Shown in pieces: positions 56,275 to 64,000 of a DNA stretch of 64,000 nucleotides; the first letter of the stretch is position 1; each line of letters opens with the position of its first letter. The stretch is from Coraliomargaritaceae bacterium (GTDB lineage Bacteria > Verrucomicrobiota > Verrucomicrobiia > Opitutales > Coraliomargaritaceae). The DNA lies in assembly GCA_965656495.1 (NCBI GenBank), contig CBFHKU010000006.1:40184-104183 (forward strand). Reading direction: 5' to 3'. The notes below the pieces were generated by a model. It was not told the origin of the DNA. It was given only the letters and a program-made list of their open reading frames with translations, and ran no database searches. The position numbers were made by a program, and so were the translations under genes.

Positions 56275-57639
56275 ATGGCACTTGAAGAACAACGACTGAT
56301 TTTTAAGCACATCGATGCACCGGGCTACACCCGCGACATTGATTGCTACCTGAAGCATGGTGGCTACGAGCAGTTGAAAAAGGCGGTCACGATGAAGCCG
56401 GAGGACATTTGCGCGGAAGTCACCGCCTCGGGCGTGCGGGGTCGCGGAGGAGCGGGTTTCCCCGCCGGCGTAAAATGGAAATTCCTCGACCGCAAGTCCG
56501 GCAAACCGATCTATTTGATTTGCAATGCTGACGAGTCGGAACCCGGCACTTTCAAAGACCGTCAGATCATTCACAAGGATCCGCATCAATTGATCGAGGG
56601 CATGCTTTGTTCTGCCTTTGCGATTCAAGCGAAGCTCGCCTTCATCTACATCCGGGGGGAATTTTTTGAGGGTTACCGCATTCTGGAGGAAGCGATTGAA
56701 GAGGCACGCGCCAAGAATTTGCTCGGAGACAATATTTTGGGTTCCGGTTATTCCTGCGACATCATCGTGCACCGCGGCGCGGGGGCCTATATATGCGGTG
56801 AAGAGACCGGCTTGATTGAATCCCTCGAGGGCAACCGCGCCAACCCGCGCATCAAACCGCCGTATTTTCCGGCGGCGCTGGGCCTGTATCAATGTCCCAC
56901 CATCGTCAACAATGTTGAAACCCTTTGTGATGTGAAACACATCATTGAAATGGGCGGCGAAGCCTTCTCTAAAATTGGCACTCCGGGCAATACCGGCACG
57001 CGTATTTGGTGCGTGTCCGGGCACGTCCAAAAACCCGGCTATTACGAATTTCCCTGCGCGGCCCTAACGCTGGGCCAACTCATCAATGATGTGTGCGGCG
57101 GTCTCAAGCCTGGCCGTAAATTGAAGGCGGTCATTCCCGGCGGATCCTCTTCAAAAATCCTACGCGCCGACGAACGTTTTACGGGTAAGCTGAAGGATGG
57201 CACCGAATTTGATTGGGGCATCGAGGATATCCCGATGGATTTTGACAGCCTTGCAGCGGTCGGTTCGATGTCCGGTTCGGGGGGCGTTATCATTATGGAT
57301 GATTCCACGGATATGGTGGAGGCGCTTGCCAATATTAACTATTTCTATGCGCACGAAAGCTGCGGGCAATGCACACCCTGCCGTGAAGGGGTCCCCTGGA
57401 TGCGCAAGGTCACGGCGCGCATGTGCGCGGGTGAAGCACGCGAGGAAGACGCGGATTTATTGAACGACATTGCGGATCAAATTGCCGGTCGTACAATTTG
57501 TGCCTTCGGGGAAGCGGCGGCCTGGCCGGTTCAGAGCTTTATTGCAAAATTCAAGGACGAGTTTGTTGAAAAGGCGAAGGAACAGGCGTCTCGCCGGAAC
57601 GAGGGCAAACCCGCCGCTACGGAGACCACTTTAATTTAA
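56275..57639 (+). CDS. nuoF: NADH-quinone oxidoreductase subunit F
   Basis: GRGGAGFP, NADESEPG, GAGAYICGEET and ESCGQCTPCREG. Confidence 0.97.
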   Translation: MALEEQRLIFKHIDAPGYTRDIDCYLKHGGYEQLKKAVTMKPEDICAEVTASGVRGRGGAGFPAGVKWKFLDRKSGKPIYLICNADESEPGTFKDRQIIHKDPHQLIEGMLCSAFAIQAKLAFIYIRGEFFEGYRILEEAIEEARAKNLLGDNILGSGYSCDIIVHRGAGAYICGEETGLIESLEGNRANPRIKPPYFPAALGLYQCPTIVNNVETLCDVKHIIEMGGEAFSKIGTPGNTGTRIWCVSGHVQKPGYYEFPCAALTLGQLINDVCGGLKPGRKLKAVIPGGSSSKILRADERFTGKLKDGTEFDWGIEDIPMDFDSLAAVGSMSGSGGVIIMDDSTDMVEALANINYFYAHESCGQCTPCREGVPWMRKVTARMCAGEAREEDADLLNDIADQIAGRTICAFGEAAAWPVQSFIAKFKDEFVEKAKEQASRRNEGKPAATETTLI

Positions 57640-57640
57640 A

Positions 57641-59350
57641 ATGAGCGCAAACGGCACCAGCGAAATGATCACGATCAACCTCGACGGAAACGAGGTGGAG
57701 GTTCCCAAGGGCGCCAACGCCATTGAAGCCGCCAAGCTCCATGGAAAAGAGATTCCGCATTATTGTTATCATCCGAAGCTGTCGATTGCGGGTAATTGCC
57801 GCATGTGCTTGATCGAGATGGGCATGCCGATGCGTGATCGCGGCACCGGCGAGGCAATCCTCGACGAGAATGGCGTCCAGAAAATCGGCTGGGGCCCCAA
57901 GCCCGTAATTGGCTGCGCCACCAATGTAGCGCCCGGGATGCACCTGCGGACCAATTCCGAGACGGTCAAGGAGGCCCGCAACGGCGTCACTGAATTTCTT
58001 TTGATCAATCACCCCCTCGATTGCCCGATTTGCGATCAGGCGGGGGAGTGCCGTTTACAGGAATTTTCCGCGGATCACGGGCGCGGCTACAGCCGTTTCA
58101 TCGAGGACAAAAACGTGAAACCGAAACGCACCGTGCTGGGGCCGCGCGTCACGCTCGACGACGAACGCTGTATTCTTTGTTCGCGCTGTGTGCGTTTCTC
58201 GCAGGAGGTCGCCAAAGACGATGTGCTTGGCTTTGTCGATCGCGGCACCTACTCGACCCTGACCTGTTATCCCGGCAAGGAACTGGCGAATAATTACTCT
58301 CTCAACACGGTTGATATTTGTCCGGTCGGTGCGCTAACGAGTTCGGACTTCCGATTCAAGATGCGGGTCTGGTTCCTCAAGCGCACCAACAGCATCTGCA
58401 CCGAGAGCAGCGTAGGCGCCAACACCACCGTTTGGAGTCGCGAAGGGAAGATTTACCGCATCACGCCTCGCCGCAACGATGCGGTGAACGATACCTGGAT
58501 GACTGACAGCGGTCGCGATTGCTTCAAGCCCTATGAATCGGATGACCGTCTGACGCACTACACTGTTGACGGAGTGCACCAGAGCCCGGAGGTCGCGGCA
58601 CAGGCCGCCGCCAAACTTTTGGCCGCGGGCTCGGTTGCGGTGGTGGCTTCTGCCCACAGCACCGTTGAGGAACAATTTATTGTACAGGGGATTGCCAAGG
58701 AAACCGGCGCCTCGGTTTCGCTGGTGAAGCACGAGGGAGAAGGGGACGGCATCTTGCTTTCCGAGGACCGCAGCCCGAATTTACGGGGCGCTTTATTGAA
58801 TGGCTTGATTACAGAATTACCGGGGGCGGACTTGAGTTCCTTGTCGGCGCAGGTGGATTCCGGCGCAGTTAAAACCCTCTTGGTTCTGCATGAAGACCTC
58901 ACGCAACTGGGACTTTCCGAAGCACAATTAAAGACGGTTCAAATCGTTTACCTCGGCGCCTTTGCGAATGCGGTGAGTCAGGTGGCGCAGGTGGTGATTC
59001 CCTCCCTGAGCGTATTTGAAAAGGCGGGTAGTTTCGTGAATCAGAACTTCCGCCTGCAGAAATTTGCCCCGGCGGTCCCGGGTCCGCGCGGTTTGGTTGC
59101 GGAGCTTGGGGTGCTTGCGATGATGGAGGCGAACTTACTGGGTGAAGGTTCTGCGGCGCCGACGATCGAGCAGGTATGGAGTCGGATGGGCGGAGGCGAG
59201 GGAGCCTTTGCGGGCTTGGCTTGGCAAAAGATTCCCGATGAAGGTTTGAAACTCGAGGCCGGTTCGCTCGCGCAACTGGATTTCGTTGAAAGCAAAAATT
59301 TGAAATATGACCCTGCCACACCTGAGGCGGTAGAAGCCCTTCCCGCCTGA
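57641..59350 (+). CDS. nuoG: NADH-quinone oxidoreductase subunit G (short form)
   Basis: IPHYCYH, GNCRMC, NHPLDCPICDQAGEC, RCILCSRC and DICPVGAL. Confidence 0.95.
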   Translation: MSANGTSEMITINLDGNEVEVPKGANAIEAAKLHGKEIPHYCYHPKLSIAGNCRMCLIEMGMPMRDRGTGEAILDENGVQKIGWGPKPVIGCATNVAPGMHLRTNSETVKEARNGVTEFLLINHPLDCPICDQAGECRLQEFSADHGRGYSRFIEDKNVKPKRTVLGPRVTLDDERCILCSRCVRFSQEVAKDDVLGFVDRGTYSTLTCYPGKELANNYSLNTVDICPVGALTSSDFRFKMRVWFLKRTNSICTESSVGANTTVWSREGKIYRITPRRNDAVNDTWMTDSGRDCFKPYESDDRLTHYTVDGVHQSPEVAAQAAAKLLAAGSVAVVASAHSTVEEQFIVQGIAKETGASVSLVKHEGEGDGILLSEDRSPNLRGALLNGLITELPGADLSSLSAQVDSGAVKTLLVLHEDLTQLGLSEAQLKTVQIVYLGAFANAVSQVAQVVIPSLSVFEKAGSFVNQNFRLQKFAPAVPGPRGLVAELGVLAMMEANLLGEGSAAPTIEQVWSRMGGGEGAFAGLAWQKIPDEGLKLEAGSLAQLDFVESKNLKYDPATPEAVEALPA

Positions 59351-59364
59351 ACTGATTGAATACG

Positions 59365-60471
59365 ATGACGTTATTTGAAGAATGGTTGCCGGTTATCTTG
59401 CCCGTTATTTTCGCCTTGGTGATGATTTCGGTCTTCATGGGAATGTGTGCCTATGCCGTTTTGGCGGAACGCAAAATTTGTAGTTACATTCAGGGTCGGG
59501 TCGGTCCAAATCGCACCCGTTTGCCTTTGATTGGAAATGTGCCGATTTTGGGTGACTTCCTGACCGGGCTGGGATTATTCCAACCGGCGGCGGATGGCTT
59601 GAAGTTTCTCTTTAAGGAAGAGATCACTCCGGGTCATGTGAAGCTCGGCTATTATTACCTTGCCCCGATCATCGCCCTGACGCCCGCGCTGACCACCATG
59701 GTGGTGCTGCCTTTTGGTCGATACGTTGACGCCGCTGGAGTGGTGCAACCGCTCGCGCTCGCGAACCTCGATGTCGGCTTCCTCTTTATCCTCGCGATCT
59801 CTTCCCTTGGGGTTTACGGCATCGTTCTGGCGGGGTGGGCTTCAAATTCCAAATACCCTTTCCTGGGGGCGATTCGTTCCACCGCGCAAATGATCTCGTA
59901 CGAACTCGCGCTGGGGGTTTCGATTTTACCGGTTTTCATGTGGTCGGCGGCGCCCGGTTCGGACTACGGCATGAGCCTTTTCGGAGTGGTGCAGTCGCAG
60001 GAGACCCTTTGGCTTGGAATCTGGCAACCGCTCTCGGCGCTCATTTTCCTGGTGGCGATTTTTGCAGAAACCAACCGTTTGCCCTTTGATATGGCAGAAT
60101 CGGAAACCGACCTCGTGGGGGGCTTCCACACCGAATACGGCGCCTTTAAATTTGGCCTCTTCTTTGTGGCGGAATACGCCCACATCATCATGGGCTCGGC
60201 AATCTTCGTTCTCCTCTTTGCGGGTGGATGGCATTTCCTTCCCGGTCTTGCCGACCCGTGGCCCGCTGGAGTGACCGGTGCGGTTTGCTCCGCCTTGTGG
60301 TTTCTTGCCAAGGTCGGGTTTATGATTTTCTTCTTCATCTGGATCCGCTGGACCCTTCCGCGTTTCCGTTATGACCAGGTGATGTCGCTTGGTTGGAAAA
60401 TCCTGCTTCCCCTCGCTGTGGGAAATCTTGTTTTCAATACGTTATTGATTGCCCTCATTGATGCCTTATAA
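59365..60471 (+). CDS. nuoH: NADH-quinone oxidoreductase subunit H
   Basis: ERKI...QGRVGPN, AQMISYE, AETNRLPFD and PRFRYDQ. Confidence 0.97.
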   Translation: MTLFEEWLPVILPVIFALVMISVFMGMCAYAVLAERKICSYIQGRVGPNRTRLPLIGNVPILGDFLTGLGLFQPAADGLKFLFKEEITPGHVKLGYYYLAPIIALTPALTTMVVLPFGRYVDAAGVVQPLALANLDVGFLFILAISSLGVYGIVLAGWASNSKYPFLGAIRSTAQMISYELALGVSILPVFMWSAAPGSDYGMSLFGVVQSQETLWLGIWQPLSALIFLVAIFAETNRLPFDMAESETDLVGGFHTEYGAFKFGLFFVAEYAHIIMGSAIFVLLFAGGWHFLPGLADPWPAGVTGAVCSALWFLAKVGFMIFFFIWIRWTLPRFRYDQVMSLGWKILLPLAVGNLVFNTLLIALIDAL

Positions 60472-60483
60472 CCGCTACGACTC

Positions 60484-61035
60484 ATGGCTACCAGCAAAGT
60501 AATCGAACGCAAACCATTGACCTTCGCGGAGAAGACCTTTCTCCCGCAGATCGCGACGGGTTTGAAAACGACCTTTGGCAATATGCTGAAGAAACCCATC
60601 ACCCTTCAGTACCCCGAGGAGCGTCCCGTTATTCCCGATAATTACCGGGGAGTGCCGACCCTCGTGAAGGATCCCAACGGGCGCGAGAAATGCGTTTCCT
60701 GTCAGCTCTGTGAATTTGTATGCCCGCCCAAGGCGATTCGGATTACCCCCGGCGAGATCGACGCCGAGGCCGAACCGGACCGCGCCCACGTCGAGAAGGC
60801 CCCGCAGGAATTTGAAATCAATATGCTCCGCTGCATCTACTGTGGTTTTTGTCAGGAGGTTTGCCCGGAGGAGGCGATCTATTTGCAGGACGTCTTTTCG
60901 CTTTCCGGATACAGTCGCGAGGAGATGATTAACAAAAAGGACAAACTCTATGAATTGGGCGGAACCCTTCCGGATCAACATTTCAAATGGGACAAGAAGA
61001 AGGCCGCGGAGTTGAAGGGCAATCCCGGGCACTAG
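60484..61035 (+). CDS. nuoI: NADH-quinone oxidoreductase subunit I
   Basis: TLQYPEE and two CxxCxxCxxxCP motifs. Confidence 0.96.
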   Translation: MATSKVIERKPLTFAEKTFLPQIATGLKTTFGNMLKKPITLQYPEERPVIPDNYRGVPTLVKDPNGREKCVSCQLCEFVCPPKAIRITPGEIDAEAEPDRAHVEKAPQEFEINMLRCIYCGFCQEVCPEEAIYLQDVFSLSGYSREEMINKKDKLYELGGTLPDQHFKWDKKKAAELKGNPGH

Positions 61036-61045
61036 GACGCACGCC

Positions 61046-61618
61046 ATGACTGATATTTTGTTTTATCTTTTTGCCGGCATCACGCTGATTTCAGCCCTCG
61101 CAATGGTGCTGCTGCCGAATGCGGTCAACGGCGCGATGTGTATGATCGTTTCCTTTATCGGAACCGCCGCGCTCTTCGTTTTGCTTGAGGCCTACTTCCT
61201 CGCGATTTTGCAGGTGCTGGTGTATGCCGGTGCGGTGATGGTGCTCTTCCTTTTCATCATCATGTTGCTCAATGTTGATGAGGACCGCTCCGGTGCCAAG
61301 CCCGCCAAGCTGAGCATCTTTGCGGCGCTTGCCGGTTTTGTGATTCTTTCCGGCCTGATCATCAGTCTCTTTACCGATCCGGCGGCGCTTCCGGTGCCGC
61401 CCGCGATCGAGGTCGCAGAAAATCCCACCGGGCTCAGTGCGAACAACGGCATCCCGTTTACCACGTCCGCAAAATCCTTTGGCTACAGCCTTTTCACCAA
61501 ATACATGTTGCCGTTTCAGGTGACCGGATTCCTGCTGCTTGCCGCGATGGTTGGGGTTATCGTCGTCAGTAAACGCGTCACGGAAACCAAGCCTGAATCT
61601 GAAACTACCGACGGATAA
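61046..61618 (+). CDS. nuoJ: NADH-quinone oxidoreductase subunit J
   Basis: [20 protein letters not shown]. Confidence 0.95.
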   Translation: MTDILFYLFAGITLISALAMVLLPNAVNGAMCMIVSFIGTAALFVLLEAYFLAILQVLVYAGAVMVLFLFIIMLLNVDEDRSGAKPAKLSIFAALAGFVILSGLIISLFTDPAALPVPPAIEVAENPTGLSANNGIPFTTSAKSFGYSLFTKYMLPFQVTGFLLLAAMVGVIVVSKRVTETKPESETTDG

Positions 61619-61626
61619 TTCTTTTC

Positions 61627-61932
61627 ATGACCATTGGACTCAACGCCTTTCTCATTGTAGCCGGATTGCTTTTCGCAATTGGTATGCTGGGGGTGACCCT
61701 GCGCCGCAATACTCTGGTGATCTTCATGTCGCTTGAATTAATGTTGAATGCGGTGAATCTCGCGTTGGTGTCATTCTCCCGCTACAACGGCACGATGGAT
61801 GGCAACCTTTTCGTCTTCTTTATCATCACGGTCGCTGCGGCGGAAGTCGCGCTGGGTCTTGCCATCATCGTGGCGCTCTTCAAGCGCCGCCAATCCGTCA
61901 TGGTCGAACATCTCAACGCACTCAGTCGTTAA
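61627..61932 (+). CDS. nuoK: NADH-quinone oxidoreductase subunit K
   Basis: [11 protein letters not shown] and [11 protein letters not shown]. Confidence 0.96.
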   Translation: MTIGLNAFLIVAGLLFAIGMLGVTLRRNTLVIFMSLELMLNAVNLALVSFSRYNGTMDGNLFVFFIITVAAAEVALGLAIIVALFKRRQSVMVEHLNALSR

Positions 61933-61937
61933 ATAAA

Positions 61938-63788
61938 ATGTCTCCGCAAACTGCACTTCTCCTCACCTTACTCGCCCCGCTGGCAACCGCCGCCGGGATC
62001 GCGTTTTTCCTGCGTCGTCAGGGTGGGCTTGCCGCAGCGTTCTCGGTGGGGGCGGCCTCCGTGCTCTGCGCCTGTGCCTTTATCGCAATCAATGCGCGCG
62101 GGGATGGTGCCATAACCGCGAGTTGGGAATGGTTGAGCTTCGGCGAGTTTAAAGTGAGCATGGGTTTCCTCTTTGACGATGTCGCCGCGACCATGCTGGC
62201 GATGGTTTCCTTTGTCGGCTTGTTGATTCACATTTTCAGCCTGGGGTATATGAAGACCGACAAATCCCGCGCCCGGTTTTTTGGCGGGCTCTCGATTTTC
62301 ATGTTTTCCATGACCGGGATCGTCCTTGCGGATAACCTCATCATGATTTTTGTTTTCTGGGAACTGGTGGGCTTCAGTTCGTATATGCTGATCGGGCATT
62401 ATCTGGAAACAGACGAGGCGAAGGCGGCGTCAAAGAAGGCATTCATCGTAAACCGGATCGGCGACCTGGGCTTCCTTGTTGGAATCGTGACGGCCTATTG
62501 GCATTTTGGAACGACGGATCTCGCTGCGATGGAGCAAATCACCAATGCGCATCCCGGCTTAGTGAACGCGACGATCGCCGCCTTCCTGATGTGTGGCTTC
62601 ATCGGCAAGTCCGCGCAATTCCCGCTGCATGTCTGGTTGCCGGATGCGATGGCGGGCCCGACTCCGGTATCAGCCCTAATTCACGCTGCCACGATGGTGG
62701 CGGCCGGCGTATATTTCCTGATTCGCATCGTCTTTCTCTTTCCGGTGGAGGTCTTGGATTTTGTGGCGTGGTTGGGCACTGCGGTGGCGGTTTACGCCGG
62801 GTTCTGCGCCTACGCCCAGAATGACATCAAGCGTATCCTCGCTTACTCGACCCTCTCGCAACTGGGTTACATGGCAGCCGCCTTTGGCTTGGGCTACCCC
62901 GGGGTCGCGCTCTTCCACCTCATCACGCACGCTTTCTTTAAAGCGCTCCTCTTCCTCGGTGCCGGTTCCGTGATTCACGGCTGCCATCACGAACAGGATA
63001 TTTTCAAGATGGGCGGTCTGCTCAAGCGCATGCCCGTCACCGCGATTACTTTTGCGATTGGGGTTCTGGCGCTCTGCGGGGTTTACGGCCTCGCCGGTTT
63101 TTATTCGAAGGATGCCATCCTGATCGCAGGTGGCCTCGGCAAGACTCCAATTTTTATCCTCCTCACGCTGGGGGCCTTCCTGACCGCCGGTTACATGGGG
63201 CGTCTTTTCTGGGTCGCCTTCCTTGGAGAGCCGAAGTCGGATGCGGCTTCCCACGCGAAGGAGAGTCCGCTCACTATGGTCGTGCCGCTCGTGATTTTGG
63301 CGGGGCTTTCCATTGTAGGCGGCATGATCCAGCTCTGGCCCGAGTCTCTGGGCGGCTTAATCCGCTACGATTTGGATCATCTGCATCATGCCGAGGGCTA
63401 CGACGCGATGCATCATGAGGTCTTGATCTTTGGTACCGCCGCCTGGGTGGTGGGTCTGCTCGCCGCGCTCTTCTTCTATGGAGCCGGAGCTAAGGAGGAT
63501 CGCCTCGCGCACAAAGCGCCTGCGGTCTTTGGCTTCCTGAAGGGGCGACTCTGGTTTGATGAACTCTACGGGTTTTATGTCGCGAAGGTGCAGGATCGCT
63601 TTGCGGCGCTCCTTAGTTTCCTAGATATCTTTCTGCTCAAGGGTTTGATCGTGCGCGGTAGTGCGGGTCTGGTTGCCCTTCTGGGCTTGGGAGCCCGCTC
63701 GCTGCATGTGGGGAACATTCACGCTTATGTTTATTGGTTCCTTGGAGGACTGCTGCTCTTTTGGGCCTTCGCCGGAGGACTGCTCTAA
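61938..63788 (+). CDS. nuoL: NADH-quinone oxidoreductase subunit L
   Basis: GKSAQFPLHVWLPDAMAGPTPVSALIHAATMV and HAFFKALLFL. Confidence 0.97.
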   Translation: MSPQTALLLTLLAPLATAAGIAFFLRRQGGLAAAFSVGAASVLCACAFIAINARGDGAITASWEWLSFGEFKVSMGFLFDDVAATMLAMVSFVGLLIHIFSLGYMKTDKSRARFFGGLSIFMFSMTGIVLADNLIMIFVFWELVGFSSYMLIGHYLETDEAKAASKKAFIVNRIGDLGFLVGIVTAYWHFGTTDLAAMEQITNAHPGLVNATIAAFLMCGFIGKSAQFPLHVWLPDAMAGPTPVSALIHAATMVAAGVYFLIRIVFLFPVEVLDFVAWLGTAVAVYAGFCAYAQNDIKRILAYSTLSQLGYMAAAFGLGYPGVALFHLITHAFFKALLFLGAGSVIHGCHHEQDIFKMGGLLKRMPVTAITFAIGVLALCGVYGLAGFYSKDAILIAGGLGKTPIFILLTLGAFLTAGYMGRLFWVAFLGEPKSDAASHAKESPLTMVVPLVILAGLSIVGGMIQLWPESLGGLIRYDLDHLHHAEGYDAMHHEVLIFGTAAWVVGLLAALFFYGAGAKEDRLAHKAPAVFGFLKGRLWFDELYGFYVAKVQDRFAALLSFLDIFLLKGLIVRGSAGLVALLGLGARSLHVGNIHAYVYWFLGGLLLFWAFAGGLL

Positions 63789-63816
63789 GATCCCTGTCTG
63801 AAATTTGATAACCGCT

Positions 63817-64000
63817 ATGTTCGAAACGCACGCAACTCTCCTCCTGGCAGCCATCCTTGTTCCATTGCTGGCGGGAATCGCCTTGTCTTTTGGTTCCGGG
63901 TTTTCAACAGGCTCACGGCGCGCGCTTGCGCTGGTCGGGTTTGGGGTTCCCATGCTCGCCTCACTCCTCTTGGCCTTCCGCTTTGATTCCGCGCTGGTAG
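63817..64000 (+). CDS. nuoM: NADH-quinone oxidoreductase subunit M (5' fragment)
   Basis: ATG 63817 opens a hydrophobic frame (MFETHATLLLAAILVPLLAG...) that runs to the window end; assigned by position after nuoL. Confidence 0.75.
   Translation, partial: MFETHATLLLAAILVPLLAGIALSFGSGFSTGSRRALALVGFGVPMLASLLLAFRFDSALV

Overview
Mostly core-genome DNA of a GC-rich Gram-negative bacterium. The gene content (PEP-CTERM protein, SMUG1, bS22-like peptide, style of intergenic repeats) suggests Verrucomicrobia/Opitutae; this is an inference. In order the window holds: (1) a phosphate-acquisition cluster (pstA partial, pstC, pstS, a divergent phosphate porin and a PiT-like permease) with twin Pho-box-like sites; (2) rnpB, rpsT, an RluA-like gene and a 31-aa bS22-like peptide; (3) a frameshifted beta-barrel gene and a PEP-CTERM gene; (4) a GtrA/sulfotransferase/GT4/DUF2334 cluster and pyrE; (5) lptF with a folate operon that also carries SMUG1, then panD, fur, a btuF-like gene and suhB; (6) tRNA-Gly and mlaEFDCA; (7) tatD, sufE, eno, purU, carB and rlmN; (8) a polyprenyl-phosphate glycosylation cluster (two ArnT-like, GT2, LAB_N, PAP2) and msrA; (9) tRNA-Leu with a HicBA mini-islet; (10) a sigma54-type amtB-glnK-amtB-glnK array; (11) an AT-rich accessory patch; (12) nuoB-M without nuoA. 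The most notable non-routine signals are two integrase-less islets bounded by att-like direct repeats (one at the tRNA-Leu 3' end, one duplicating the 3' end of a Cys-less FmdB-family gene), an orphan restriction-modification controller (C) protein with an intact double C-box, and a family of REP-like intergenic repeats. No CRISPR array, integrase or transposase was seen. All family assignments come from motif recognition, not database searches.
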